A DNA stretch of 64,000 bases, taken from positions 64,001 to 128,000 of the forward strand of contig CAXXSL010000013.1 of assembly GCA_963675525.2 (NCBI GenBank), in the 5' to 3' direction. Origin of the DNA: Anaerohalosphaeraceae bacterium (lineage in GTDB: Bacteria > Planctomycetota > Phycisphaerae > Sedimentisphaerales > Anaerohalosphaeraceae). Shown here one piece after another: positions 19,656 through 30,043 of this stretch (position 1 is its first letter; every line of letters begins with the position of its first letter). The notes beneath the pieces were generated by a model, which was not told the origin of the DNA, ran no database searches, and was given only the letters and a program-made list of their open reading frames with translations. Both the position numbers and the translations under genes were made by a program.

Positions 19656-20210
19656 ATGCAATCCGTTTTTGAAAGCCCATGGTTGTTTTTGACCATTGCC
19701 GGTGTTGCGCTGGTTGTCGTGTCCGTGGTTCGGCAGGACAGGCCCGAATGGGGCTATTGGCTGCTCCTGGTCCCCCTGGTCATCGCCGGACTTGCCTTTA
19801 TGCTGGATGCCGCGGTAACAACGGACACCGAGGCCATTAACGAGATCATCGACACCTCCAAACAAGCCGCCGTAAACAATGACCTACAGGCGATTATGGG
19901 ATCGATCAGCCCCAACTATACTGATAAATCACATCGCAGCAAAAGCGCTTTTGAAAAAAAAGCCCAACAAACCCTCAATAGTGCTTCGATTAAAAAGATA
20001 AAGACACAGTCGCATCTATTGGCCATCGACGCCAACAGCGCACAAAGCGAGTTAAATGTGGTGGTCCATTTCAATAACGACAGCCGATATAAAGCCACGG
20101 GGAGTTTGGTTTTCGTCGGGATAAAACTAAACTACGAAAAGATCGGGAAAAAGTGGTTGATTAACAGCGCGGAAGTTGTTTCCCTCAATAACCAACCCTG
20201 GAGCTGGTGA
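19656..20210 (+). CDS. Hypothetical membrane protein, possible NTF2/SnoaL-like C-terminal domain
   Basis: SD GGAGG; two N-terminal TM helices; ISPNYTD and KWLI suggest an NTF2-like fold. Confidence 0.6.
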   Translation: MQSVFESPWLFLTIAGVALVVVSVVRQDRPEWGYWLLLVPLVIAGLAFMLDAAVTTDTEAINEIIDTSKQAAVNNDLQAIMGSISPNYTDKSHRSKSAFEKKAQQTLNSASIKKIKTQSHLLAIDANSAQSELNVVVHFNNDSRYKATGSLVFVGIKLNYEKIGKKWLINSAEVVSLNNQPWSW

Positions 20211-20274
20211 AATACCTCCTGATGTTTTCGGTCTTGTTTAGGCGAGCCGATGTTTTGAGATTCTAATGTCCCTG

Positions 20275-22317
20275 TTAGAAACTGTATTGGAGTCGCGCAA
20301 AGAACATCCGTCCCGGCGTCTCATAAGACGAAAAATAGCTCACATCATATCCCGGCTGCTGTGTTTTATTCAACACATCCGCAACACCTATCATCAGTTC
20401 ACCGCGTTGATTCGCAAACGGTCGTGTCAGGGTCACATCCAGCCGATGGAACATAGACAACTCAGCGGAGGGACTTTGCGACGAATTGATATGAACCACG
20501 TCGTTATAAATATAATTGGCGTTTAATGACCACTGCTCGTCAAGCAAAATCCGGCTTCGAAGGCCCGCCTTATGCTGCGCAGGGATGTAGGCCCGAATCG
20601 TTTGGCCGCTTTTGTCGGTGATAAACTTGTTATAAGCATACCATCCGCCAAGTTGGAATTGTGTCGTTTTATAACTCAGCTCACACTCGCCACCATACGT
20701 ATTGGCACCGTCTATATTCGTGAAAAAAGAATTCGTCGTCGGGCCGACCGTTTGATTGGCAGAGCCGATCAAATGGTCCATACGCTGATAATAGGTATTG
20801 GCCTGGAAGATGACATGATCGCTGAATTTGCCGGTATAACCGGCTTCCAGCGCATAGGTCGCCTCATTTCCGACTTCCTTGGAAGACGGTATAATGTTAA
20901 ACAAATATATCCCCCCCCCTATCGGCAATGCAGACGCCGTGGTATCGCGAACCATCACGCCGGCTGCACGATACGACCGCGCAAATCCCGCTCGCAGTAC
21001 ATGATTGTGTTTTTCGTCCAACGCATACAATGCCGAAAGACGCAGGGACCAGTCTGTGTCTGTTTTATTATAACGATCGATTCTGGCCTGGCTCTCAATC
21101 GACAATCGTTCCGTCAGGGCCATTCGATCGATCACAAATAATCCGGCCCAGTACTCATCATAGCTGCCTTCTCCAAAAACAATCTCCCCGGTAGCTGAAT
21201 TTTCGGAAGATAAATGAATCCATCGAAGATTTCCGCCCAATGTCAGCGAATGCTCGTCCGACAATGCCATGTTGTACTGGCCTTCAAGGTCATTTTCGTA
21301 CGATGCGAACCGGCGGGTAATATGCGGTTGGTGCGATACCGAATAATTTCCAAACCATTGCAGATAGCCGGAACTGTCATCATCGAATTCATGTTCCACG
21401 CGGGCAAACAGACGCGTCATACTGCTCAACACGTCTTTCATCGGATAACGCCCGGTCGACTCTCGGTCCCCGGCTTGTGACCCGGAATAGGCCGCTCCAA
21501 ATGATAATGTTGTCGCATCTGAATAATCATAATGGAATTCCGTGCCAAAACGGCTGGTTCGTGAAAAATCTCGGGCTTTATAACCGCCAAAGCCCATCAC
21601 CGCATTTAAACTGGGAAATGCGGATACCGTTCGCCCCGCTCCCGCAGCATCGGAATCCTCCATGTCTTCATAACCTGCCGAAATACGCCAGGACCACTTA
21701 TCATTTGTTCCTGCAAAACGCAAATGATTGTACGTGTCCCCGAACTCGCTAATCGTCGTACTAAATAAATTGTCCAGGGTTTCGCCCGGCTTCTTTGTAA
21801 TAATATTGATGACGCCCGTAAAGGCATTGGCCCCCCAGGCTGCCCCGCCGGGACCGCGGAGAACTTCGATCCGCTCGATATCTTCGACCAAAACCGGCAA
21901 ACGCAGCCAATCCGGAGCCCCATACGTGGAACCCAGGGCATTTCGCCCGTTGATGAGCACAAGAGTACGGTCCGATGTCATACTCATCATCCCGCGCACA
22001 CCGACAATATAGCGATACCGATCGACCCGGCGGACATCCACACCGGGAGCCAATTGGAGAATTTCCGGAATGGTGGTCAATCCGCTGGCATGAATTTCTT
22101 CGGCAGTGATGACACTAACCGGAATCGCCAGTTCGGTGCTTTTCTGTGCCGTTCGAGAGGCTGAAACAACCGGAACGTCCAGCAGTTGCTCCAGTGACAT
22201 CTCAAATAAAGTGGGTGATTCCTCTGCGGATAAAGTGGAGAAACTAAATAATAATAATAAAATGAAAATAACAGTACCGGTTGATTTCCAGTTAAAAAGT
22301 ATTCGATTGTTTATCAT
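20275..22317 (-). CDS. TonB-dependent outer-membrane receptor
   Basis: Signal peptide; LFEMSLEQLL, VSVIT, TLVLING, IERIEVLRGPG, GVINIITK plug motifs; C-terminal YSF. Confidence 0.92.
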   Translation of the reverse strand: MINNRILFNWKSTGTVIFILLLLFSFSTLSAEESPTLFEMSLEQLLDVPVVSASRTAQKSTELAIPVSVITAEEIHASGLTTIPEILQLAPGVDVRRVDRYRYIVGVRGMMSMTSDRTLVLINGRNALGSTYGAPDWLRLPVLVEDIERIEVLRGPGGAAWGANAFTGVINIITKKPGETLDNLFSTTISEFGDTYNHLRFAGTNDKWSWRISAGYEDMEDSDAAGAGRTVSAFPSLNAVMGFGGYKARDFSRTSRFGTEFHYDYSDATTLSFGAAYSGSQAGDRESTGRYPMKDVLSSMTRLFARVEHEFDDDSSGYLQWFGNYSVSHQPHITRRFASYENDLEGQYNMALSDEHSLTLGGNLRWIHLSSENSATGEIVFGEGSYDEYWAGLFVIDRMALTERLSIESQARIDRYNKTDTDWSLRLSALYALDEKHNHVLRAGFARSYRAAGVMVRDTTASALPIGGGIYLFNIIPSSKEVGNEATYALEAGYTGKFSDHVIFQANTYYQRMDHLIGSANQTVGPTTNSFFTNIDGANTYGGECELSYKTTQFQLGGWYAYNKFITDKSGQTIRAYIPAQHKAGLRSRILLDEQWSLNANYIYNDVVHINSSQSPSAELSMFHRLDVTLTRPFANQRGELMIGVADVLNKTQQPGYDVSYFSSYETPGRMFFARLQYSF

Positions 22318-22437
22318 TGTTATCCCTTGACAATCCATAAGGCACAAAATTTACTCTGCGTAAATACCTGAAAGCATCCCCTCGGATGCCCTTGAAGCAG
22401 ACAAAAATGAATTGAAACAATAAGCCGGGAAAAAGAA

Positions 22438-22857
22438 CTAACTGACAAGTGATTTCCGGCGTTCAAGAATGCTTTCGATCTTCTCCAGCAATTCGCTCAG
22501 GTCAAACGGCTTGATGATATAGTCATCAATATTACATTCACGGGCACGTTTGATATCCTGGCTTTGACTGCGAGCCGTCAGCATGATCACTGAAATATTC
22601 CTGCCCCAATCCTCTTGGCGAAGTTGCTCGAGCATTTCATGCCCATCCAGAATTGGCATGATCACATCCAGCAGGATCATATCCGGGCATTCTTCTTGAG
22701 CTTTTTTCAGACCCTCATCTCCATTATGGGCAGTCACCACGTCATAGTCATTCATTTCCAGCCGATCTTTGAGTGTCTGAACGATATTCGGCTCATCATC
22801 TACGACAAGGATCTTTGCCTTACTTGCCTTTTTCCCAAGTACGAAAAAATCAAACAT
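22438..22857 (-). CDS. Single-domain response regulator (receiver)
   Basis: ILVVDDE, PDMILLDVIMP, IMLTA, YIIKPF. Confidence 0.92.
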   Translation of the reverse strand: MFDFFVLGKKASKAKILVVDDEPNIVQTLKDRLEMNDYDVVTAHNGDEGLKKAQEECPDMILLDVIMPILDGHEMLEQLRQEDWGRNISVIMLTARSQSQDIKRARECNIDDYIIKPFDLSELLEKIESILERRKSLVS

Positions 22858-23268
22858 TGCTCTATCTCCATCTCAAAAAACAACTTTTTCTGTGCACTCT
22901 TACGGCATTTTCAGGCCTTAAAAACATTACATACAAGCCCGAATACGCTCATACATCGGTCGAATAAAGGTTGCGAAAAAGCACAAAATAACTTTTTTTA
23001 AATTTTACAGTCAGAATAATCGCCCCTGAATTTATAGATATATGACCTTTTGTGTCGCTTTTTGTGAAAAACTATTCATCTCTGGGGTGCTTTTGATTGA
23101 TACCCAAGAAAAACAGAGTATAATCGCACTACTTTAGTTACAACCGAGTTCTCTATCTTTCAAGGTGATGCCAACATGACTCTTAACCGGGCTTCATTGA
23201 TGACAACACACCCGGCTGTAACCATAGAAACAGGTAGTTAGAACCCCAGCATTGAAAGGAGAAAAAAC

Positions 23269-23889
23269 ATGTCACAAGTATCACGATCCGCCGTAATCCG
23301 CCATTGTAAACACAAAGGAAACACAATTGTCCTGCTCATTATCATTGCTTTGTTTGCCATTGTTGCTGTTTTTTTCTTAAATATGGCAACGACTGATCCA
23401 GTGGGCCCGGTCGAACAATGTCCCTGGGTCGAATCAAACCGCATTGTTGATAATTTCGCAGAGATCAATCTCCCCCAATCCCCGCAAATCATCTTTGACG
23501 ACATAACAAAAATATCCAAAAGACTCACCTCTGAAGACGGCTCAAATCGCGGCAAACTGGAAATTGAAATCGCTCCAGACGGAATTGTAACAGCTGTGTG
23601 GAAGGCAAAATATAAGGAAGATATTTACGAAAAAGAGTTTAGCGCAACGTGCATGGGCAATGTTGACGCCGACATGATTTATGTAGATGAAAACGGTACG
23701 GATAAATCAAAACTGTTTTTCATCACCGAAGGAAGATTTCTGGTGCAGGTGTTCAAACAGGGGAACGCAAAACTTGGCGGCGGCGAGGCCTATGTCGTTG
23801 GGTGGATATCACCCGACAGGTCAGCAAAAGGCACGCTTGTGCTCGCACCGGATAAAAAAAGGACGAAAATTTACGCATGGGGTGAATAA
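23269..23889 (+). CDS. Hypothetical exported/membrane-anchored protein
   Basis: SD AAAGGAG; basic leader then KG/NTIVLLII hydrophobic helix (pilin-like start); beta-rich body. Confidence 0.65.
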   Translation: MSQVSRSAVIRHCKHKGNTIVLLIIIALFAIVAVFFLNMATTDPVGPVEQCPWVESNRIVDNFAEINLPQSPQIIFDDITKISKRLTSEDGSNRGKLEIEIAPDGIVTAVWKAKYKEDIYEKEFSATCMGNVDADMIYVDENGTDKSKLFFITEGRFLVQVFKQGNAKLGGGEAYVVGWISPDRSAKGTLVLAPDKKRTKIYAWGE

Positions 23890-23929
23890 TTTATCCACAT
23901 GATTGTCTACTGTAAAAATTAGATCGCAG

Positions 23930-24850
23930 CTATTCGCTGTCAACCATTTCCGGCTTCGGGATAATTAACAGCGTTTGACAGATCGGGCATCGTCCCTGCC
24001 TGCCCGCATGCTGGATCGGCGCCCTGAATTGCCTGCCGCACGGACATGTAAACCGTATGGCGGTAGTCGCCGTTTGAGGCAATTCCGGTTGAACCGGTGG
24101 AGTGGGGGATTGTTTGGTCTTCTCGATCTCAGCCTGAGCCATCTTTTCAAGCTTGGCATCTTGTCGCTCAAGCCGCCATTGTTCGAACAATCCCACGAGT
24201 GATTGTTCATCCTGATACATCGTTACAAGCTTCAACTTCAATAACAGCACGGCCAAAGCCGCGCCGGCAAAAAAACCGCCCAGGTGCGCAAAATAAGCAA
24301 CCCGGCCGCCTCCCATCACTGCTCCTAAAATATCAAAAACCAGCCATAAACCAATCATCCAATAACTGGAAATGCAGAATGTTTTATAAATTGGACGAAG
24401 GAAAATCATTACGAAAAACAGACAATCCATCTCATTTTGCCAGAAGAAAACCAGGAACATCCCAACAATGCCGTTGATCGCTCCGCTGGCACCGATCGCC
24501 GACTCTCCGTTTAACAACATATGCGCGGCCGCAGCTCCCAGCCCGGCTGCCAGAAAAATCGGGAGGTATTTCAGATTGCCCACTTTGGAACAAACCGCAT
24601 TACCAAACACCCACAGAAAAAGCATATTCCCGCCCAGGTGAAGCGGGTCCGCATGCAGCCACATATGTCCGAACAATCCCTGCCAACTCCAGTCATCCAG
24701 CACATATGGCTCAATCGCGGCTTCATTGCCTTTACTTAATAAAACGGACTGAAGTCCAAACGCCGCGATAACTGAAATCACCAACAGCCAGTTCATCACT
24801 GGTTTTCGGTCAAACGGTACATCAACAGCATACGGTATCAAGAAAAACAT
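23930..24850 (-). CDS. Rhomboid intramembrane serine protease with C-terminal zinc ribbon
   Basis: HLGGNMLFLW, GASGA, AHLGGF; C-terminal CPCG...CPIC. Confidence 0.9.
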   Translation of the reverse strand: MFFLIPYAVDVPFDRKPVMNWLLVISVIAAFGLQSVLLSKGNEAAIEPYVLDDWSWQGLFGHMWLHADPLHLGGNMLFLWVFGNAVCSKVGNLKYLPIFLAAGLGAAAAHMLLNGESAIGASGAINGIVGMFLVFFWQNEMDCLFFVMIFLRPIYKTFCISSYWMIGLWLVFDILGAVMGGGRVAYFAHLGGFFAGAALAVLLLKLKLVTMYQDEQSLVGLFEQWRLERQDAKLEKMAQAEIEKTKQSPTPPVQPELPQTATTAIRFTCPCGRQFRAPIQHAGRQGRCPICQTLLIIPKPEMVDSE

Positions 24851-24983
24851 TGTCGGGATCCCTTCTCTTGAAATCAACTTTATTATACCCGACAAACAAT
24901 AATATTAAAACCACAATTCGTACGGTTTCTGATTCATTCGATATCCTATCTTTTCTTCCGGTCTTCTGCCTATTATTCTTTTC

Positions 24984-25012
24984 TTGACCCAAGGGTCTAC
25001 TTGGGCTATAAG
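24984..25012 (+). promoter_or_regulatory. crcB promoter with an inverted repeat in the spacer
   Basis: TTGACC-N17-TATAAG; CCCAAG-N6-CTTGGG at 24988-25005. Confidence 0.55.
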
Positions 25013-25043
25013 TGCTTCGTTTTACTGTGTTTTGGAGTTTTTG

Positions 25044-25445
25044 ATGAATCCATTGGTTTTACAAATAGTCAGTATCGCAATGGCCGGGGCTTTGGGGGCT
25101 TTGGGCCGCTGGTTCATCAGTCTGGCCGGATATCGTCTGTTTGGGACGGGGTTTGCTTGGGGGACGCTGATCGCCAATGTACTGGGCTGTTTTCTGCTGG
25201 GTTTTCTGATGCCTCTGTGTCTGGCCAGCGCTAAGATCAGCGACACACTCCGGCTGGCGATCACGGTCGGTTTCCTGGGGGCATTAACAACCTTTTCGAC
25301 CTTCAGCTATGAGAGCATCAAATATATGGAAGATGGAAGTTGGACGCTGGCAATCACGAATATCGGGGCCAATCTGGTGATCGGATTCTGTGCCACGATC
25401 GCAGGGCTGATATTGGCACGAACTTTATTGGGAGGAACCGCGTAA
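25044..25445 (+). CDS. crcB: Fluoride efflux channel CrcB/FluC
   Basis: GALGALGRW, GTLIANVLG, GFLGALTTFSTF. Confidence 0.95.
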   Translation: MNPLVLQIVSIAMAGALGALGRWFISLAGYRLFGTGFAWGTLIANVLGCFLLGFLMPLCLASAKISDTLRLAITVGFLGALTTFSTFSYESIKYMEDGSWTLAITNIGANLVIGFCATIAGLILARTLLGGTA

Positions 25446-25792
25446 TGAAGGTATTACAGGGACAACAGGTCTTAATGCGTATCTTTATCGGCGAACGTGA
25501 CCATGTCGGCCATCAGCCGCTCCATACGGCGATTTTGATGATGATGCGAAAGGAAAAACTCGCGGGGGCGACAGTCATTCGCGGACTGGCGGGATTCGGC
25601 GCCAAAAGCCACATGCATTCGGCGAACCTGCTGGCACTGAGTCAGGATCTGCCGATGATCATCGAATGCGTCGACAGCCGCGAAAATATCGACCGGATCA
25701 TGCCGAAGATTGACGAGATGGTTACAGACGGGCTGGTGACACTGGAGAATGTTGAAGTGGTGCGATACGCGCCAAAGAAAAATGAAGAATGA
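25445..25792 (+). CDS. DUF190-family (PII-like) protein
   Basis: MRIFIGE, GATVIRGLAGFG, LSQDLP, GLVTLE; TAATG overlap with crcB. Confidence 0.9.
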   Translation: MKVLQGQQVLMRIFIGERDHVGHQPLHTAILMMMRKEKLAGATVIRGLAGFGAKSHMHSANLLALSQDLPMIIECVDSRENIDRIMPKIDEMVTDGLVTLENVEVVRYAPKKNEE

Positions 25793-25806
25793 ATAAGGAA
25801 TATTCA

Positions 25807-28614
25807 ATGAAACGAATCACGCTATTAGCCATCATCCTGTTTTTAACATCGCTTTCCTTCGGACAAGCCAATAAAGTCAAACCTCAGTCTGAAAAGCTCT
25901 TCGACTATCAGCAGATTACACTCGATAACGGGCTGAAGGTGATTACGCTGGAGGATTTTTCGTGTCCTATCGTGGCGGTGCAGGTGTGGTATGGTGTCGG
26001 CTCTAAAGATGAAAAGCCGGACCGGCAGGGATACGCCCACATGTTCGAGCACATGATGTTCAAGGGCACAGAACTTGTCACCGAAAAAGATCAGTTCAAC
26101 ATGGTTCGCAAAGTCGGCGGCAATTGCAACGCCTACACCAGCTTTGACCGAACGGTGTATTATGAAACATTACCCGCCAACCAAATCGAACTGGCCCTGT
26201 GGCTCGAAGCCGAACGCATGAGTTTTTTGAAAATCGACCAGGAAGCATTTGACACGGAGCGGAAAGTCGTCGAGGAAGAGTTGCGGATGGGGGAGAACAA
26301 GCCTTACGGTAACGTCTTTAAAAAGATGGCCCGTGAATTATTTACTGTCCACCCCTACCGCTGGACGCCCATCGGCAATATCGCACATCTTCGGGCAACC
26401 AGCGTACCGGACTTGCGTGCGTTTTGGACACAGCAGTATGTGCCTAACAACGCGACTCTGATTATTGTCGGAGCGGTCAAGCACAAAGAGGCGCAGGCAC
26501 TGGCGCAACAGTATTTCGGTTGGATTCCGGCCGGGCCGGAACCGAAACGGGTAACGGCTAAAGAGCCTCCGCTGAAGGATATTAAAACTGTCGTGATCGA
26601 TGATGAAAACGCCCCTGCCGGACAAGTCATGCTTGGTTGGCGAACGGTTCCGACAGGAACGCGCGAAGAAACCATACTGGACTGTTTGTCGCAGATTCTC
26701 GGCGGCGGCAACAGCAGCCGCATCTATCGTGCAATGGTTGCCGATACACAGCTTGCGGTCGAAGCGGGCACGTGGACCTACAACTTACAACAGGATGGGA
26801 TTTTTATAGCGGAAGCGACTCTCCAGCAAACAGCGGATAATTATGACGCACTGCTGGAGGCTTTAAAAACGCAAATCGAAAAAATCCAAAAAGACGGGGT
26901 CACGGACGCCGAACTGGAAAAAGCAAAAAACCACTTGCTCAAACAACTTGTCACGACCAACCTGCAAATTGAAATGAAGGCATCGCTGTTGGGTAACGCG
27001 GCGGTGACAATGGGCGATGTTGGCAAGGTCAATACGATGATCGATGAGGTCCGCTCGGTCACCCGCAGCGACATCCAGCAAGCCGCCAAACAGTATCTTC
27101 CCACCGACCGCGTCGTCCAATTCAAAATCATGCAAAGCCAGGGAATGCAGAATGCCCGCAAGGATAACGACCAAGCCCCGATTACCGCCGAGCCAGAATT
27201 GAACGCCCCTGCCCCGGGCCGAGCAGGTGTTCATCGCCCTGCCGACTATCCAAAACAGGCACCCCTGGCCGAAAATAATGATGCTCGCTTTATGTTTGAT
27301 TATTCCGAAGAAAAACTGGAAAACGGATTAACCGTTCTGGTGGTGTCCAATCATGAAGTGCCGTTCGTGTCGGTTATGCTGGGATTGAGCAACGGCAGCT
27401 GGACGGAAACAAAACCGGGCACAGCATTTATGACGCTCTCGATGCTGACTAAAGGCACAGAAAAGCACAGCGAGGCCCAACTGGCAGCCGAACTTGAACA
27501 ATACGCCATCTCTCTTTCCGGCGGCGCTACAATCGACACCGGCACCGTCAACATGAATTGCCTGACTGAACAACTGGACCGCGGAATGGAGCTTTTGTCC
27601 GAAGTCGTTCTCGAACCGGTCTTTGACTCGACGGAATTCGAAAAGCTATTGAAACAGGAACTGACTTCGCTGAAAATCAATGAGCAGCAGCCTCGCTACC
27701 TGGCGAGCAAATATTTCAATCAAGCCATCTTCGGTGGGCATCCCTACGCCCGAATGGCCGAAGGCAGCGCTGACGACCTTGAAAAACTCACCTCGGCCGA
27801 CTTAAAGTTGTGGTGGTCAAAATTTGCCCGACCGGACCAAGCGACACTGATCGTCGCAGGTGACATCCAAAAAGACCGTGCAGTAGCATTAGCCAGACAA
27901 TATCTAGGAGCATGGAAAACGGACCTGGTCGAAACTGGGATCGCGCTGACTGATATCCCCGAACACAAGGGAACACAAATTATTATCGTCAATCGCCCCG
28001 GCAGTGCCCAGGCCCAAATTAAAGTCGGCCAGCTTGGTATCACCCGGCACCAACAGCCGGAGTACTTTACAGCCCTGATTGCGGGCAATTACTTCGGCGG
28101 CTCCTTCCACAGCCGGTTGAATGAAAATCTACGCGTCAAACGAGGATTGACATACAGTGCCTGGGGCTATTTCAAACCAATGGCACGGGCCGGGACGTTT
28201 GAGATTTCCACATTTACTAAAAATGAGTCCGTCGCAGAAACCATTTCGGTCATTCTTGAGCAACTCAAAGAATTCCAAACGGTCGAACCAACCGATGCTG
28301 AGTTCTATGACACCCGAAGCTATATTACCGGAAGTTTTGCTCAAAACCGTGAAACCCCCCAGGATGTAGCCGGTGACCTCTGGATGATCAAGTCTCAGCA
28401 ACTGGAAAAAGATTACTTTGATCAGCTTTTTTCGACACTGAAAAAAGCGACAAAACAGGATTGTGTAAATCTGGCTCAAAAGTTCATTAGGCCCGATAAC
28501 TTAAAAATTATTATTGTGGGAGATGCCGAAAAACTGAAAGAAAGCCTTGAAAAAATCGCACCCATCGAGATTATTCAACTCGAAAACAAAGATGAACCAT
28601 CACGATCTGTATAA
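25807..28614 (+). CDS. M16-family zinc peptidase, fused two-half form, exported
   Basis: Signal peptide; LDNGL, HMFEHMMF (HxxEH), NAYT; second LENGL module; SRLNENLRVKRGLTY. Confidence 0.92.
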   Translation: MKRITLLAIILFLTSLSFGQANKVKPQSEKLFDYQQITLDNGLKVITLEDFSCPIVAVQVWYGVGSKDEKPDRQGYAHMFEHMMFKGTELVTEKDQFNMVRKVGGNCNAYTSFDRTVYYETLPANQIELALWLEAERMSFLKIDQEAFDTERKVVEEELRMGENKPYGNVFKKMARELFTVHPYRWTPIGNIAHLRATSVPDLRAFWTQQYVPNNATLIIVGAVKHKEAQALAQQYFGWIPAGPEPKRVTAKEPPLKDIKTVVIDDENAPAGQVMLGWRTVPTGTREETILDCLSQILGGGNSSRIYRAMVADTQLAVEAGTWTYNLQQDGIFIAEATLQQTADNYDALLEALKTQIEKIQKDGVTDAELEKAKNHLLKQLVTTNLQIEMKASLLGNAAVTMGDVGKVNTMIDEVRSVTRSDIQQAAKQYLPTDRVVQFKIMQSQGMQNARKDNDQAPITAEPELNAPAPGRAGVHRPADYPKQAPLAENNDARFMFDYSEEKLENGLTVLVVSNHEVPFVSVMLGLSNGSWTETKPGTAFMTLSMLTKGTEKHSEAQLAAELEQYAISLSGGATIDTGTVNMNCLTEQLDRGMELLSEVVLEPVFDSTEFEKLLKQELTSLKINEQQPRYLASKYFNQAIFGGHPYARMAEGSADDLEKLTSADLKLWWSKFARPDQATLIVAGDIQKDRAVALARQYLGAWKTDLVETGIALTDIPEHKGTQIIIVNRPGSAQAQIKVGQLGITRHQQPEYFTALIAGNYFGGSFHSRLNENLRVKRGLTYSAWGYFKPMARAGTFEISTFTKNESVAETISVILEQLKEFQTVEPTDAEFYDTRSYITGSFAQNRETPQDVAGDLWMIKSQQLEKDYFDQLFSTLKKATKQDCVNLAQKFIRPDNLKIIIVGDAEKLKESLEKIAPIEIIQLENKDEPSRSV

Positions 28615-28816
28615 ACTGGACTTTTTTTGGCTTTTTCAGAGGCTTTTATTAAGATGTCGTTTGTTCTTGCCGAAACAGACGATATCTATATAAGAGAGTA
28701 CGATCTTTAATACGCTGAACAATACCGAGATTTACAGAGTACAATATATTGGATATTCAGAGTCACATATTAAGAATATTATAACATTATTACAATTTGA
28801 ATTAGAAAATCCGAAA

Positions 28817-29920
28817 ATGGCATTCATTAAATGCTCTAAAATGCGAACAGCCTTGCTGTCTATGCTTTTTTGCTTGACAGTGGCTTTTCTTTCAACCCTT
28901 TCTTGCGGATTCGCAGACGAGCAGCAAGAAGCTGCCCCGGCCACTGCTGCCGCAGAGTCAATTCAGGACAATCTACCGGTTCCGGTATCAAACAGCGATC
29001 CCAATGATGTCGCTCTGTCCGAAGATCCAAACGATATCCATGAGACTGCCCCGAATGAGAAAACAGACGAAGCAGAAGATCCCAATAAACCTGATTTATC
29101 GATAACTCCAGAAGATAACAGTGACGATTTTTCTCCCAGGGTTTCTACGCTAATAAAGATCAATAACGCCTACGAAAAGATTTTGTCGCCCGACATCATT
29201 ACATCTGAAGGCATGGTTCGCTACAGTACTCTCAGACGAAAACGCGAAGATATGATTATTGCGGCAAAAGAATTAGATGAACTAAATCCAGTCGTCCTGA
29301 TGAGTCTCTCAAAAGAACAGCGAATTGCTTTCTGGATCAATACCTATAACGTATGCACATTAAAGCTGATCGTGGATCATTATCCTATCGAGCCCAAGCT
29401 TTATATGATCTTTTATCCAAACAACAGTATCATGCAAATAACCGGTGACTGGAGAACCAAGCACTTCTTTGATATTCAGGGTCTGGAGTACACCCTTGAG
29501 GAAATCGAACAGGAATTTCTGCTGGCTCGCCATAATGATCCTCGTATTATTTTTGCTCTTTCCTATGCCAGTCTCGGCGGAGCGATGCTTCGTAATGAGC
29601 CCTATGTTGCCGAAAAACTGAACAAACAACTGGATGAACAGGTCGAGCGATATCTGATGTCTCCCAGAGGGCTCCAAATTGACAAGGAAAAAGGTATTGT
29701 CCACCTTTCTAGTCTATTTACCATGTACGGGCACAAGAAATTCTTCCTGTCTTCAGAATATGCTGCCATTAAGAAATTTCGAGATAGAAAACCCGAAGAA
29801 CAAGCTTGGCTGAACTTCAGTCGGAGCTATCTTCCGGAAGAGGACATACGCTATCTGGAGACTGCATCATTTGATACCAAGTTCATGAAGTACGACTGGC
29901 TTCTGAACGAAACTCCCTGA
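28817..29920 (+). CDS. DUF547-domain exported protein
   Basis: AFWINTYN, DPRIIFAL, YDWLLN; acidic N-terminal linker. Confidence 0.85.
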   Translation: MAFIKCSKMRTALLSMLFCLTVAFLSTLSCGFADEQQEAAPATAAAESIQDNLPVPVSNSDPNDVALSEDPNDIHETAPNEKTDEAEDPNKPDLSITPEDNSDDFSPRVSTLIKINNAYEKILSPDIITSEGMVRYSTLRRKREDMIIAAKELDELNPVVLMSLSKEQRIAFWINTYNVCTLKLIVDHYPIEPKLYMIFYPNNSIMQITGDWRTKHFFDIQGLEYTLEEIEQEFLLARHNDPRIIFALSYASLGGAMLRNEPYVAEKLNKQLDEQVERYLMSPRGLQIDKEKGIVHLSSLFTMYGHKKFFLSSEYAAIKKFRDRKPEEQAWLNFSRSYLPEEDIRYLETASFDTKFMKYDWLLNETP

Positions 29921-29966
29921 GTTCGTCTTTAAAGGCATTCTTTTTACCCCCTTCTCAATATTTATT

Positions 29967-29995
29967 TTGACGATTCTGTTTGCTGGCAGTATAAT
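29967..29995 (+). promoter_or_regulatory. Sigma70 promoter of metK
   Basis: TTGACG-N17-TATAAT. Confidence 0.7.
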
Positions 29996-30043
29996 TTTCC
30001 TTTCTGTGATACAATATAATGTTTATATTTAGGAGTCTAAAGG

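Noticed and set aside
29996..30043. SAM riboswitch upstream of metK
   Set aside because: The leader is about 45 nt, AT-rich and lacks SAM-I motifs
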